Source: Kiritimatiellota bacterium (GTDB taxonomy: Bacteria; Verrucomicrobiota; Lentisphaeria; Oligosphaerales; JAADHN01). From it: DNA of 64,000 bases. The stretch is taken from positions 392-64,391 of the forward strand of contig JAADHN010000077.1 of NCBI GenBank assembly GCA_013151865.1, in the 5' to 3' direction. Position numbers and translations under genes: made by a program. How positions within the stretch are numbered: position 1 is the first letter of the stretch; every line of letters begins with the position of its first letter. The notes below the pieces were generated by a model. It was not told the DNA's origin. It did no database searches and saw nothing but the letters and a program-made list of their open reading frames with translations. Positions 36,737 to 46,678 of the stretch are shown piece after piece.

Positions 36737-38440
36737 ATGAAATGCCTGCACGCACGCCTGCCGAGAATATGTTCGGCGGTCTGGCTCGCCTCCGTTGCGG
36801 TTTGCGCCGCGGGCGAGACCGTTCGCCTCGGACCAGACCAGCGGACGTGTCCGCGTCCGAGCGTTCCGCCCCTCAACACGCCCCGCGAGTCGATCCCGGA
36901 TGCGGACGTTGCCGACCCGGGGTTGCGCCTCGCACCGCGCATCGCGCACCGTTGGGTCGTGCCGCCCGGGCAAGGATTCCAGGTTCGGCTTTCGGCCGCA
37001 GCCGCGACGCCCGGCGGCGGCAAGGTCGTTCTGACCGTGTGGGATTGGGAACTCCGCCCCGTCTATTCGTGCAGTTGGAGCGTTCCCTGCACGGCAACTC
37101 TCGATTTTCGCGTGAGCGGCAACGGCACCTATCTGCTCACGCTCGACCGCATGGGCGGCGACCGCGCCACGGCGCGACTCGTACGCTCGTTCTCCGTCTG
37201 CCCGGACAACGCCGACAAGCGGGCGGACTGGTGGAACAATCGCCAGTTCTTTCTGGGGACGTGTGCGTTCCCCGAGCGCATGCACTGGCGGAACGCGTTC
37301 GGCCCCCGATATCCCGGCGACATGACTCCACGACAGGCCGCAGAACTGGAAGCCATGTTGTCCGGACGGCTGGGACTCCAAGTCGTCCGACTCTTGGCGA
37401 CACCGAACTCCGAGCGAGCGGTCGACCTGTACGAAAAGCACGGGTTACGCCTGTTCGCCAAGGTCGCCCAAGCCGCGAAACTCGGGTCGCCGCTGTTGCC
37501 GCAATACGAGCACGTCACCGAAGGGCGATGGCGTTACCCCATGCCCGAATCGATTTGTCGCGCGCATTTCGCGGCTGTGGCCAGGCGCTTCGGTTCCAAG
37601 GCGGTGTTCTTCGAGATCGGCAACGAGAGCGACAACAAAGATTTCTGGCGGGGCTCGGTCGATGAATTCATCGCGGTCGCCCGCTGGGCTGCGGAGGAGT
37701 TCTCCCGTCATGCGCCGGGGGTCCCGGTCTGCGCCGCGGGTTGGACCTTCATCGAACCGGATCGCACTCGTCGTTTCGTCCGCGCCTTCCGCAACCTCTT
37801 CCCGTGGACTTCCATTCATGCCCACGGAGATTTCCGGCAGTGCGTCCGCCAACTCGATCGCTTCGAGGAGTTGCTTCGCGAAGTCGGCGCCCGGAACAAA
37901 CCCAAAATCGATACCGAAATGGGATTCTGCCACTGGCGACTGGACATGGACGCCGTCTCCGCCGGCCACGCCGCTCGCAAGATCCTGTTCCACTGGGCCC
38001 GGGGTTATCGAGGAGTCGTGGCGTACCGCCTTCGGGACCAGGGCGGACCGCGGCTTGCCGGAGAAGCGCGCGGTATGTGGGGTCTACTCGACCACGATTT
38101 CTGTCCCCGATTCCAGTTCGGCGTCCTGGCCGCGCTGATCCGCCATTTCGCCGGGTACCGGTTCGAGAAGACGTTGGCGGCCGGACCGGACTATTACGCG
38201 TATGTGTTCGTGCGGGAATCACGACGACTGGTCACCGTGTTCCACGCAGACATCGACTGGACGCGAAGAAATCTGGGAGTGCTCCGGACAAACGCCGGCC
38301 GGGCCCGACGCATCGACCCCATGGGCAACGAATCCAACGTCGTTCAACCCGCGACGATTGCTCTCGAGGCGGGCGTTTATCCTGCCATCGTCCAGCTCGA
38401 GGACGGCGACGTGATCGAATGGCGTCCCCCGGTACGCTGA
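36737..38440 (+). CDS. secreted TIM-barrel glycoside hydrolase (clan GH-A type)
   Basis: The signal is MKCLHARLPRICSAVWLASVAVCAAG. FFEIGNESDN is an acid/base NE motif and KIDTEMGF is a nucleophile-like Glu. Confidence 0.65.
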   Translation: MKCLHARLPRICSAVWLASVAVCAAGETVRLGPDQRTCPRPSVPPLNTPRESIPDADVADPGLRLAPRIAHRWVVPPGQGFQVRLSAAAATPGGGKVVLTVWDWELRPVYSCSWSVPCTATLDFRVSGNGTYLLTLDRMGGDRATARLVRSFSVCPDNADKRADWWNNRQFFLGTCAFPERMHWRNAFGPRYPGDMTPRQAAELEAMLSGRLGLQVVRLLATPNSERAVDLYEKHGLRLFAKVAQAAKLGSPLLPQYEHVTEGRWRYPMPESICRAHFAAVARRFGSKAVFFEIGNESDNKDFWRGSVDEFIAVARWAAEEFSRHAPGVPVCAAGWTFIEPDRTRRFVRAFRNLFPWTSIHAHGDFRQCVRQLDRFEELLREVGARNKPKIDTEMGFCHWRLDMDAVSAGHAARKILFHWARGYRGVVAYRLRDQGGPRLAGEARGMWGLLDHDFCPRFQFGVLAALIRHFAGYRFEKTLAAGPDYYAYVFVRESRRLVTVFHADIDWTRRNLGVLRTNAGRARRIDPMGNESNVVQPATIALEAGVYPAIVQLEDGDVIEWRPPVR

Positions 38441-38520
38441 CGCGCCTCCGGGGGAAGCTCATTGCCCGCGGGGGACGCGGGATGAAGCCATCACCACACG
38501 AACCAGGGATGGATCTCACT

Positions 38521-41500
38521 ATGATGATCTTTCGCAAGAACGCCCTGCCCGCGTTTTTGTCATTCGCGATTTCCGCAAGCGCGGCGGGACCCGCCGGGGA
38601 GGGGCGCGACGGACAGGTCCCGACCTCCCCGCTTCCGAACCTCCGCTTCTACGCGCCGCTGGACAACCATGCCCGGGGCGTGCTCCTGCCGTATCGGGCG
38701 GGCATCGCGGCGGACGGCGTCGTGGGCAAGGCATGCCGCGTCCGCCCGCCGGCGGGACTCGAATTCCCGCTGGCGCCGATGTTGTCTTCGGAACAGGGCA
38801 GCGTCGCAGTCTGGTTGCGCATCGATTGGGCCCCCGCCAAGCCGACGGAAGTCCGTTGTCTGATCGATCTGGGCCGTTTCGCCCGGCTCTATCAGTGGAA
38901 AGGACAAGAATACCTCACGTTCGCCCTGTGGTACCACCACATCGATGAGAAACACGATTACTCCTGCACCGCGCCCATGCACGGCTGGCAGCCGGGGCAG
39001 TGGCATCACGTGGTCCTGACCTGGTCGTGGCCCGAAAGGCGCAGGGCCCTCTACCTGGACGGACGGCTCGCGAAGTCCGCACCGATCCGCCGCCGACCGA
39101 ACGTGATATCGATGTTCCGGATCGGTCCGGACGTGGCCGCGGCGGATGAACTCGCAGTGTTTGCGCGTCCATTGAATGCAGAGGAGGCCGCGGATTTATT
39201 CGCCCGTGGCCGGTCGGCCCGACCGTTGCTGGAGAAAGTCGACATTCCTCCGGCCCGGGGGGCGATCGAGCAACTGCCCGACGTAGACGCACCGCGCCCG
39301 CCCGCCTTCGTCCGCTGGGACACGGACGGAGCGGCATACACATCAAATGCGTCGGTGTCACTCATCACTCTGGCCGGCTGGTGGCGCTGGCAGCGCGGGC
39401 GCTCGCCGTATGAACCCCCGCAGCCGGACCGCTGGCTCTACCGGAAGGCGCCGGCGCAATCGCACTTCGCGCCGGCATTCCCGGTGCGCGACCGCGAATT
39501 CCGTATCGTTCCGGAGTCCGACCCGCGCGTCGGCGTGCGCTTCCTGCACGGCCTTCCGCAATGGTACGAGCGGGAATTCACTCCGCCCGCTCATTGGAAA
39601 AGCGACTTCAGCCATGTGGTGATCGAGTTCGATTCCGTCATCGGCGCGGGCGCCGTCTGGTTGAACGAGGAACTGGTCCATGTGTTTCCCGAGATCAATC
39701 TCGGGGCGGGAGTCGACGTGTCCGACCGTGTGGTCTGGGGCAAGCCCAACCGCGTGACCGTGCTCTCGAAAGGCATGGTCGGCGATGTACGCATCCGTTA
39801 CGAACGACCGTCCCCGAGGATCGAGTCCGCCTGGGTGGACGGGTCATGGAAAGAACGGGTCCTGCGGGTCCGTCTCGTCGTGTACAGTCGGGACAAGCTG
39901 CAGGTGGGCGTGGTCCTCGACGCCGTGGACAGGTCCTTCCCGGAGGGTGCCGCAAACCGCCGCGTGTTTACCGTCGGTCCGGGACGTACGGCGCTCGATT
40001 TCGAGATGCCGGCCGGCTCCTTGGAGCCGTGGAGCATGACCCGTCCCGTGCTCCACACGATGCGGCTGGCGCTGACCGCTCCGGGCCGAAAAACCGCCTA
40101 TTACTACGACACGTTGCCGTTCCCGGTGGGGCTGCGGGATATCGAGGTGAAGGGCGGGGATTTCCTACTCAACGGGAAACCGCTGCAGTTCATCGGCCAC
40201 TCGAATGCGCACCTGACGACTGCGGCGGAACTCAGCGATCCCGCCTACATCCGCTACTCGCTCGAGCGCTGGCGGGACGCGGGCGTCAACCTGGTGACGC
40301 CGTGGGTCGGCCGGCAATCCATTCCTTCGCTGCACCGCCTGCTGGATATTGCGGATGAAATCGGGTTCGGCGTCATGCCGGTCGTCAACCTGCCATCCGG
40401 CGAGCGCGAGGCCGAAACACCGGAACGGCGGGAGCGCTGGAATACGCTGTTCCGGCAATTCATCGAGCGCTACCGCCAGCACCCGTCGTTACTCGGCTGG
40501 ATCGTCGGCACGAGCGGGCATGTGTACGATTTCTGTCCGGCGGTGCTGGACGGGCGGTTCACGCCGGATATTCCGGCTGCTGCACCGTTGCGGCGCACCT
40601 GGGACTACATCCGGGGAGTGGACCCGACCCGTCCGGTGTTCGGTCTGAGCAGCGGCAACCTGGGAATGGTGTGGACGTCCATGGCGTACCTCGGGTTCGA
40701 CGTGGACCTTCAGGAGCGGGAAAACTGGCCGTTGCGCTGGAGCCTGACGCGCCGCAAGCCGCTGATGCCGTGCGAATTCAGTCTGCCCTACTACCGCAAC
40801 TGGTTCGCCCGACCCCGAACGCGCGTGCACCACGCGCAGTACCGCCCGCCGAAGACTCGATCCCTGGCCACCGAGTACGGGGCCATGCTCCTCGGGCCAA
40901 AGGCGTATGCCATCGAACCCGACGACTATCTCGATTCCCTATCCACCTCTCCCGGCCAACCCGCACGCTCCCGGGCGTACTGGGAAGTGAAAAAGCTGTT
41001 TGCCGACGCCCTCCGGGCCTGGCGGGCCTACGGGCTCTCCTTCGTCTATCATGCCGAAGTGCCGGCCTTTTTCGACGGCGCCGCACCGCGTTTTCCGTCG
41101 GCGGCCGATGCAGACCCGCGGCGGTGGGGCGCCACGCCCGAAAACCTGCACGGATCGTTGCAGGCGCGAAACGGATTCTCGCCGTTCGGACGGCGGGTGC
41201 GGGACGCAACGGCTCCGCTCATGGCGTTCATCGGCGGTCCGGACGGCGCGTTTACCCGGAAAGATCACGCCTATCTCGCCGGCCGCGAAGTTCGCAAAGC
41301 CCTGGCGCTGGTCAACGCCACCGAGCGCGATCGGCAATTCACGGCCACTTGGGAGATTGTCCGGGTCGGTTCAGAGGAAGCTGCTCGACCTTCCGGTCCG
41401 ATGGAAGGAATCCGGAACGACTCGAATGCAACCGCCCGGCCTTCCGGTCCACAGACGACGCTTCCCCTTCGACAACCGCCTGTGCGACAAGGGAAACTGC

Positions 41501-42783
41501 GCTGGGCCGTGCCGGCGGGCGGACGGGAAACCACGAGGGCCGTCATCCGCTTCCGGGCTCCGGACGTGCGCCGCCGCACGGACTACGAACTGCGGGTCCG
41601 GGTCCGGTGCGATCCCGAGGCGGACGGACGCCGCGAACGACTCTCGCAGCCGCCGGTCTTCCGATTCGCGGTTTTTCCCCCGATTCGCGCGGCGCCCGTC
41701 CCGCCGAACCTGCACTTGTTCGATCCGGTGGGCGACACGAAAGCCGCGCTGGACCGCCTGGGCGTGCACATCCGGCCCATGCCGCAGCGCCTCGGGCCGG
41801 ACATCCGTCTGGTCGTCGGACGCCACGCACTCGAACGTCCGGAGTACCGGCGGCAACTCGAGTCGGCGGGGTTCGATCAGGCCGTGCTCGACGGGTTGCG
41901 CGTGTTGATCTTCGAACAGGCGGTCCCGAACTGGGAAGGGACTCTCATGGGATTACGATTCAAACGGATCGAGACGCGCCGGGCCTTCGTTCGATGCCCG
42001 ACGCATCCCGCGCTCGACGGATTGACCGAGAGCGATTTCGAGTTTATGAAAGGAGAAAGCAACCTGATCCCGGCGTACCCGGGTCCCGGTCCCATGCCCA
42101 AACAATACCCCGTGCACTTCTGGCACTGGGGCAACGACAACATGGTGGCCACGTACACGGTCGAGAAACCGCAGATCGGAGCGGCCCGGGCTGTGCTCGA
42201 CGCCGGATTCGACCTTGCGGAGTCCGCACTGCTCGAGGTCGCCCGAGACCGCGGACTGTTGCTCTTCTGCCAGGTGGACGTGACCAACCGGGTCGGGCGC
42301 GATCCGGTGAGCACCCGACTCGTCCGGAACCTGCTCGCGTACATCACAAGCGACGCCGCGCAGCGCCCGCCGGCTGCGCCTCCACTAGCAGAACTCCTGC
42401 AACGGGTTCCGCCGACGGCCCGGTTCGAGGGATTCCGGAGCGAGGCGCCGGACGTGCCCGGCATCCACGACGGCGAAGTGTTTTTCAGGGAGAAACTCCG
42501 CTTGCCTGCATTCGACGCGAAACCGCCCCTGTTCGCCTCTGTACGTCTCGGCGACAGGACGGTGTGGATCACGAGTCTGACCGGAATCCCGTTGCGCACC
42601 CCCTGGCAGGAGGCGAAACGGGCGCGGATCGAAGCGGCCCTGCGCTTCCACAACGGCGAGCGTACAGCCGCCGGCCCCCGAGTGTCCGATGGGAGCGCCG
42701 CCCGGTCGCTGTACCCGTTCAACTGGCAACGACTCTCCGGCTGGGATGCGGATTTCGATCCCTACGTGTTCTGGCGGTGGTGA
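38521..42783 (+). CDS. 1420-aa secreted protein: LamG/concanavalin-like domain + divergent GH2-like sandwich/TIM barrel + long C-terminal region
   Basis: ATG-ATG at 38521 gives MMIFRKNALPAFLSFAISASAAG. The LamG-like segment runs SVAVWLRIDW..LAVFARPLNAEEAADLF. The GH2-like segment is LRDIEVKGGDFLLNGKPLQFIGHSNAH..WRDAGVNLV. The ORF-track extension back to 37741 overlaps the previous gene and looks non-coding. Confidence 0.6.
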   Translation: MMIFRKNALPAFLSFAISASAAGPAGEGRDGQVPTSPLPNLRFYAPLDNHARGVLLPYRAGIAADGVVGKACRVRPPAGLEFPLAPMLSSEQGSVAVWLRIDWAPAKPTEVRCLIDLGRFARLYQWKGQEYLTFALWYHHIDEKHDYSCTAPMHGWQPGQWHHVVLTWSWPERRRALYLDGRLAKSAPIRRRPNVISMFRIGPDVAAADELAVFARPLNAEEAADLFARGRSARPLLEKVDIPPARGAIEQLPDVDAPRPPAFVRWDTDGAAYTSNASVSLITLAGWWRWQRGRSPYEPPQPDRWLYRKAPAQSHFAPAFPVRDREFRIVPESDPRVGVRFLHGLPQWYEREFTPPAHWKSDFSHVVIEFDSVIGAGAVWLNEELVHVFPEINLGAGVDVSDRVVWGKPNRVTVLSKGMVGDVRIRYERPSPRIESAWVDGSWKERVLRVRLVVYSRDKLQVGVVLDAVDRSFPEGAANRRVFTVGPGRTALDFEMPAGSLEPWSMTRPVLHTMRLALTAPGRKTAYYYDTLPFPVGLRDIEVKGGDFLLNGKPLQFIGHSNAHLTTAAELSDPAYIRYSLERWRDAGVNLVTPWVGRQSIPSLHRLLDIADEIGFGVMPVVNLPSGEREAETPERRERWNTLFRQFIERYRQHPSLLGWIVGTSGHVYDFCPAVLDGRFTPDIPAAAPLRRTWDYIRGVDPTRPVFGLSSGNLGMVWTSMAYLGFDVDLQERENWPLRWSLTRRKPLMPCEFSLPYYRNWFARPRTRVHHAQYRPPKTRSLATEYGAMLLGPKAYAIEPDDYLDSLSTSPGQPARSRAYWEVKKLFADALRAWRAYGLSFVYHAEVPAFFDGAAPRFPSAADADPRRWGATPENLHGSLQARNGFSPFGRRVRDATAPLMAFIGGPDGAFTRKDHAYLAGREVRKALALVNATERDRQFTATWEIVRVGSEEAARPSGPMEGIRNDSNATARPSGPQTTLPLRQPPVRQGKLRWAVPAGGRETTRAVIRFRAPDVRRRTDYELRVRVRCDPEADGRRERLSQPPVFRFAVFPPIRAAPVPPNLHLFDPVGDTKAALDRLGVHIRPMPQRLGPDIRLVVGRHALERPEYRRQLESAGFDQAVLDGLRVLIFEQAVPNWEGTLMGLRFKRIETRRAFVRCPTHPALDGLTESDFEFMKGESNLIPAYPGPGPMPKQYPVHFWHWGNDNMVATYTVEKPQIGAARAVLDAGFDLAESALLEVARDRGLLLFCQVDVTNRVGRDPVSTRLVRNLLAYITSDAAQRPPAAPPLAELLQRVPPTARFEGFRSEAPDVPGIHDGEVFFREKLRLPAFDAKPPLFASVRLGDRTVWITSLTGIPLRTPWQEAKRARIEAALRFHNGERTAAGPRVSDGSAARSLYPFNWQRLSGWDADFDPYVFWRW

Positions 42784-42894
42784 CGCACAAAGAACAGGGG
42801 CCGCCAGTCCTCCGTGCCGCATCTCAGGATTGTCCGGATAACGTCGCAGAATTCAACCCGAAGGCTGGGCAGGGACGGTCGTCCGGCGTTGGAA

Positions 42895-44070
42895 TCACTC
42901 GGCCGAACCTCTGTTGCCCGAGTCGCCCACGGACGAGACGTATCGCACCTCGGCTTCGACGCCAAGCCGGGCCAGGAATTCCAAGCGGATTTCCCGCTTC
43001 AGGTCGGCCAGCACGCGCATTTCATCGGCGAAGAAATTCTCGGACACTTCGACTTCGACAATGACGCCGCGTTCGGAGACATGCAGCCGAAACGGTTGCC
43101 CGGCCGCCTTGGTTCGGGCAAGGACGCCGTCGATTTGTTCGGGACATAGCGGCATTTCATTGACCAGCAGCCTTCCGTCCAACCTTCCGTCCGGCAACAC
43201 CTGGACCCCGGTCCTGCCGCAGGGGCACCGACCCCGTTCAAGTCGTGCCGCAATTCGCGTCCGGTATCGGAGAAGCGGCATCGCCTCGCGCACCAAGGTG
43301 GTCACCACCAATTCACCGTCCAGCACCTCGACCAGGAACTGATCTTCCTGGACATGCAGCCGGTGCTCGTCGCACTCGAGGGCGAACCCCGGCGCCATGA
43401 CTTCCGGCACTCCGAAGCCTGTCCGGACTTCGGCGAACGTACCGACTTCGAGGTGCTCGCGTTGGTCGTCGGGGATGGGACGCGAGAGAACCAAGGTTCG
43501 GAGGTGGAGAGACTGGGGATCGATCTCCATGGTCTGCAAAAGGTCGGCCAAGTCCCGCGCGTTGGTCGGTGTGGTCACCAGGACCGTGGTCCGGTACTTT
43601 TGCAGGACCTCGAGTTGGTATTCGATATGGAAGGGATCTTCTGGTATGACCGAGGCGCCCACGAGTTCGGCCCCGAGCATGTAGCCAAGCGCCTCGTTGA
43701 AAAAGCCGCCGCCGAAGGAAATCTGGATCACGTCGTTCGAGGTGACCCCGGCCGCGACCAATTGACGGGCGGTCAATCGGGCCCATTGCGTAAGGTCGTT
43801 CCGGCTGTAGCCCAGCACCAGGGGTTTGCCGCCGGGCCCCACGGTCGAGTGCAAGCGGACCACTTCCCGCAAAGGGAGCGCGAACATGCCGTAAGGAAAA
43901 GCCTCCAGGAGATCCTGCGGCGACGTGAACGGGAGCCGATCAAGGTCCTCGACCCCGGTGATTCGGATCCCGGCCAATCGCTCTCGCCAGCGACGGACAT
44001 TGCGCTTGAGCCGCGCCACCAGGGCCTGGAGCCGTTCCAGATGCACCTGCTCGATCAGATCGTGGTCCAT
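42895..44070 (-). CDS. phenylacetate-CoA ligase (PaaK) / F390-synthetase-like adenylate-forming enzyme
   Basis: ATG at 44070 gives MDHDLIEQVHLERLQALVARLKRNV..LPFTSPQDL..HSTVGPGGKPLVLGYSRNDL, a PaaK-like N-terminus. It starts 26 nt after the livF stop. The upstream part of ORF 42895..44604 overlaps livF. Confidence 0.7.
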   Translation of the reverse strand: MDHDLIEQVHLERLQALVARLKRNVRRWRERLAGIRITGVEDLDRLPFTSPQDLLEAFPYGMFALPLREVVRLHSTVGPGGKPLVLGYSRNDLTQWARLTARQLVAAGVTSNDVIQISFGGGFFNEALGYMLGAELVGASVIPEDPFHIEYQLEVLQKYRTTVLVTTPTNARDLADLLQTMEIDPQSLHLRTLVLSRPIPDDQREHLEVGTFAEVRTGFGVPEVMAPGFALECDEHRLHVQEDQFLVEVLDGELVVTTLVREAMPLLRYRTRIAARLERGRCPCGRTGVQVLPDGRLDGRLLVNEMPLCPEQIDGVLARTKAAGQPFRLHVSERGVIVEVEVSENFFADEMRVLADLKREIRLEFLARLGVEAEVRYVSSVGDSGNRGSAE

Positions 44071-44096
44071 CAATTCGCCGCTGCGGTCGAAGATTC

Positions 44097-44813
44097 TCAC
44101 TCCCAGACCTCCCTGTACCCTTTTCCCAGATAAGCGCGCATGACCTCCGGGTTTCGGAGCAGGTCTTCGCTGACGCCTTCGAGGATGATTTCTCCGGTTT
44201 CGAGGACGTAACCGCGGTCGGCGATCTCCAGGGCCGCCACCGCATTCTGCTCGACCATGCAGATCGTAACCCCCAAGTCTCGGAGACCGCGCACGACCTC
44301 GAAGACCTCCTTGACCAGCAAGGGGGCCAACCCCAGGGATGGTTCGTCCAGCAACAAGAGGCGAGGCCGAGCGATCAGCCCACGGGCGATGGCCAACATT
44401 TGCTGTTCGCCGCCGGAGAGCGTGCCGGCCGTTTGTCCCCGGCGTTCCCGGAGCCGGGGAAAGCGATCGAACATCTCGTCGATGAGACGGTCGCGGTCCG
44501 GATTGCGGTAGCCGCCGACCTGCAGGTTTTCCATGACCGTCATGTCTGCAAAAATCCGGCGGCCCTCGGGCACCAGGACGACTCCGGACGCGATGCTCTC
44601 CCATGGCGGAGCGCCGGTGGCGTCTCGTCCGCCGATCACGACCTGGCCGTCCCAGGGAGGGAGGAGTCCGACCACAGCGCTCAAGAGCGACGTCTTGCCG
44701 GCGCCGTTGGCCCCAATCAAAGCCACCACCTCGCCGGGAGCGACATGAAAGCTGACCCCCTTGATCACTTCCAGGCTGCCGTACCCCGTGCGCAAATTTC
44801 TAACACGCAGCAC
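44097..44813 (-). CDS. livF: branched-chain amino acid-type ABC transporter ATP-binding protein LivF
   Basis: It has Walker A GANGAGKTS, signature LSGGEQQML and Walker B LLLLDEPSLGLAP, with GTG at 44813. The gene order matches livHMGF. Confidence 0.9.
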   Translation of the reverse strand: MLRVRNLRTGYGSLEVIKGVSFHVAPGEVVALIGANGAGKTSLLSAVVGLLPPWDGQVVIGGRDATGAPPWESIASGVVLVPEGRRIFADMTVMENLQVGGYRNPDRDRLIDEMFDRFPRLRERRGQTAGTLSGGEQQMLAIARGLIARPRLLLLDEPSLGLAPLLVKEVFEVVRGLRDLGVTICMVEQNAVAALEIADRGYVLETGEIILEGVSEDLLRNPEVMRAYLGKGYREVWE

Positions 44814-45576
44814 CGGTAAACTCGCCTCCCAAATAGATGGCGATCACTTCGGGGTCCGCACGAATTTCGGCGGGCGATCCCGAAGCGATGGGCCGACCGT
44901 AATGCAGCACCAGGATCTCGTCCGAGATGTCCATAACCATGGACATGTCGTGCTCGACCAGCAATACGGTCACGCTGTCGTCTCGGACCCGGCGGATCAA
45001 TTGAGCCAGGTCGTCGGTCTCGCGCGGGTTGAGGCCGCTGGCCGGCTCGTCGAGGAGCAGCAACCGCGGCTCCGTGGCCAACGCCCGGGCGAGTTCGACC
45101 AAACGCCGCTGGCCGAAGGACAGGGCGGAAACCGGCGCTTCCGCCTTGCTGAACAGTCCCACACTGGACAAATAGCCCAAAGCCGCCTCCCGGATGCGCT
45201 TCTCTTCGTGCAACTGACGCGGCAACCGCAGGGCGGCCGCAACCGCGCCGGAGTGAGACCGGAGGTGTCGGCCCACCATGACGTTTTCGAGCACTGTCAT
45301 GTTCTCGAACAGAGCCAGAGTCTGAAAAGTCCGGGCGATGCCCGCCCGGCTGATCCGGTGCGGCGGCAGGGCAGTGATGTCCCGGCCCAAGAAAGTGATC
45401 CGACCCGCGTGGGGTCGCAGCAGGCCGGAAATGATATTGAACAGGGTCGTTTTGCCCGCGCCGTTGGGACCAATCACGGCATGGATTTGGCCTGTCTCAA
45501 CAGCGAAGGAAACTTCCTGAAGGGCCTGCACCCCCCCGAAAGCCCGGGCAATGCCCTGCACCTCAAGCAACGACAC
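44800..45576 (-). CDS. livG: branched-chain amino acid-type ABC transporter ATP-binding protein LivG
   Basis: FGGVQAL, GPNGAGKTTLFN, LSFGQRRLVELA and LLLLDEPASGLNP are present. GTG at 45576 overlaps the livM end by 14 nt. The ORF-track N-terminal extension is low complexity. Confidence 0.9.
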   Translation of the reverse strand: MSLLEVQGIARAFGGVQALQEVSFAVETGQIHAVIGPNGAGKTTLFNIISGLLRPHAGRITFLGRDITALPPHRISRAGIARTFQTLALFENMTVLENVMVGRHLRSHSGAVAAALRLPRQLHEEKRIREAALGYLSSVGLFSKAEAPVSALSFGQRRLVELARALATEPRLLLLDEPASGLNPRETDDLAQLIRRVRDDSVTVLLVEHDMSMVMDISDEILVLHYGRPIASGSPAEIRADPEVIAIYLGGEFTGAAC

Positions 45577-46678
45577 GCGGGATCTCCTTCTCCGATTCCC
45601 CGTTCGCCAGGGCCGGCCGCCGCCGGGCGCGAAACCGGACGACAAGCGTCCGGAGCGGACCGAATGGTCCCTCGGGCGTGAAGGACATGATGACGATGAG
45701 AACGACCCCGAAGACGGCGTCGTCGAACGACCCGAAGCACCCACGCAGAGAGAGAAACGTCAGCACGAAACCCACAACGAGTGCGCCCCAGACGCTGGCC
45801 ATGCCGCCGGCGGCGACCATGGCCACGTAACGCACCGACTTCATGGCTCCGGCGTCGGACGGGCCGATGCTGCCGCGGTAGAACGTGAGCAACCCTCCCG
45901 CAGCCGCCGCGAGTATGGCGCTCAACACGAACACCTTCAGCTTGTATGCCGCAGTGTCGATTCCGGTTGCGGCCGCAGCGCGTTCCGAGCCGTGAATAGC
46001 GCGCAAGGCGCGACCGGTCCGTGAATCCGTGAGGTTCAAGAGAAACAGCAGCACCATGAGCGTGAAGCCCGCGGCGATGTAGTAATTTGCGATGCGTTGG
46101 CCCGGTTCTCCCGTGCAGGCGACCCCGGGCAGGATCGGGAGCGGCGGCACGCTGGAGATCCCGTCCGCCGCGCCGAGGAAGGCGGTCCCGAGAACGAGAC
46201 GGTACACGATCAGTCCGAAACCGAGCGTGGCCATGGCCAGGTAATGCCCGTGCAAACGAAGAGCCGGATAGCCGATCCCCACAGCCACCAGCCCGGCCAA
46301 AAGCAATCCCGCCAGGAACGCCAGACCGGGGGCCAGACTCACGACTGTGCCGTCACCGTACAGTTCCGGACGGGACGCCAGCACGTGAAAGCGCAACAGG
46401 CTTTTCCCCAAAGCGGTCCCCGAAGCGTGCGCAAGCGGGGCCGTACTCAAGAAAGCGGACGTATAGGCCCCGATGGCTACAAAACCGGCGTGACCGAGCG
46501 AAATCTGCCCGGTATACCCCACCAACAAAGAAAGGCCCATCACCACGGCAGCGGTGTAGGCGGCCATGGTCAGTTGGGTGAGGTAATAATCACGCCCGGA
46601 AACGCTGGCGCCGACCTGGACCGCAACCGCCAGGAGTGTCAGCAGGAGAATCCCGGCCGCTGTCTTTCCCGTATTCAC
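45563..46678 (-). CDS. livM: branched-chain amino acid-type ABC transporter permease LivM
   Basis: It is polytopic, with LLVGYTGQISLGHAGFVAIGAYT. Its GTG start overlaps the livH stop (GTGA). Confidence 0.85.
   Translation of the reverse strand: MNTGKTAAGILLLTLLAVAVQVGASVSGRDYYLTQLTMAAYTAAVVMGLSLLVGYTGQISLGHAGFVAIGAYTSAFLSTAPLAHASGTALGKSLLRFHVLASRPELYGDGTVVSLAPGLAFLAGLLLAGLVAVGIGYPALRLHGHYLAMATLGFGLIVYRLVLGTAFLGAADGISSVPPLPILPGVACTGEPGQRIANYYIAAGFTLMVLLFLLNLTDSRTGRALRAIHGSERAAAATGIDTAAYKLKVFVLSAILAAAAGGLLTFYRGSIGPSDAGAMKSVRYVAMVAAGGMASVWGALVVGFVLTFLSLRGCFGSFDDAVFGVVLIVIMSFTPEGPFGPLRTLVVRFRARRRPALANGESEKEIPRVVA

Noticed and set aside
37741-38520. The N-terminal 260 codons of ORF 37741..42783
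   Set aside because: This part overlaps the well-supported GH gene (36737..38440) in another frame and is Arg/Pro-rich. A proper signal peptide begins at the ATG-ATG at 38521.
44071-44604. The N-terminal extension of ORF 42895..44604
   Set aside because: It overlaps livF and has low-complexity composition. The PaaK-like sequence begins cleanly at the ATG at 44070, 26 nt after the livF stop.
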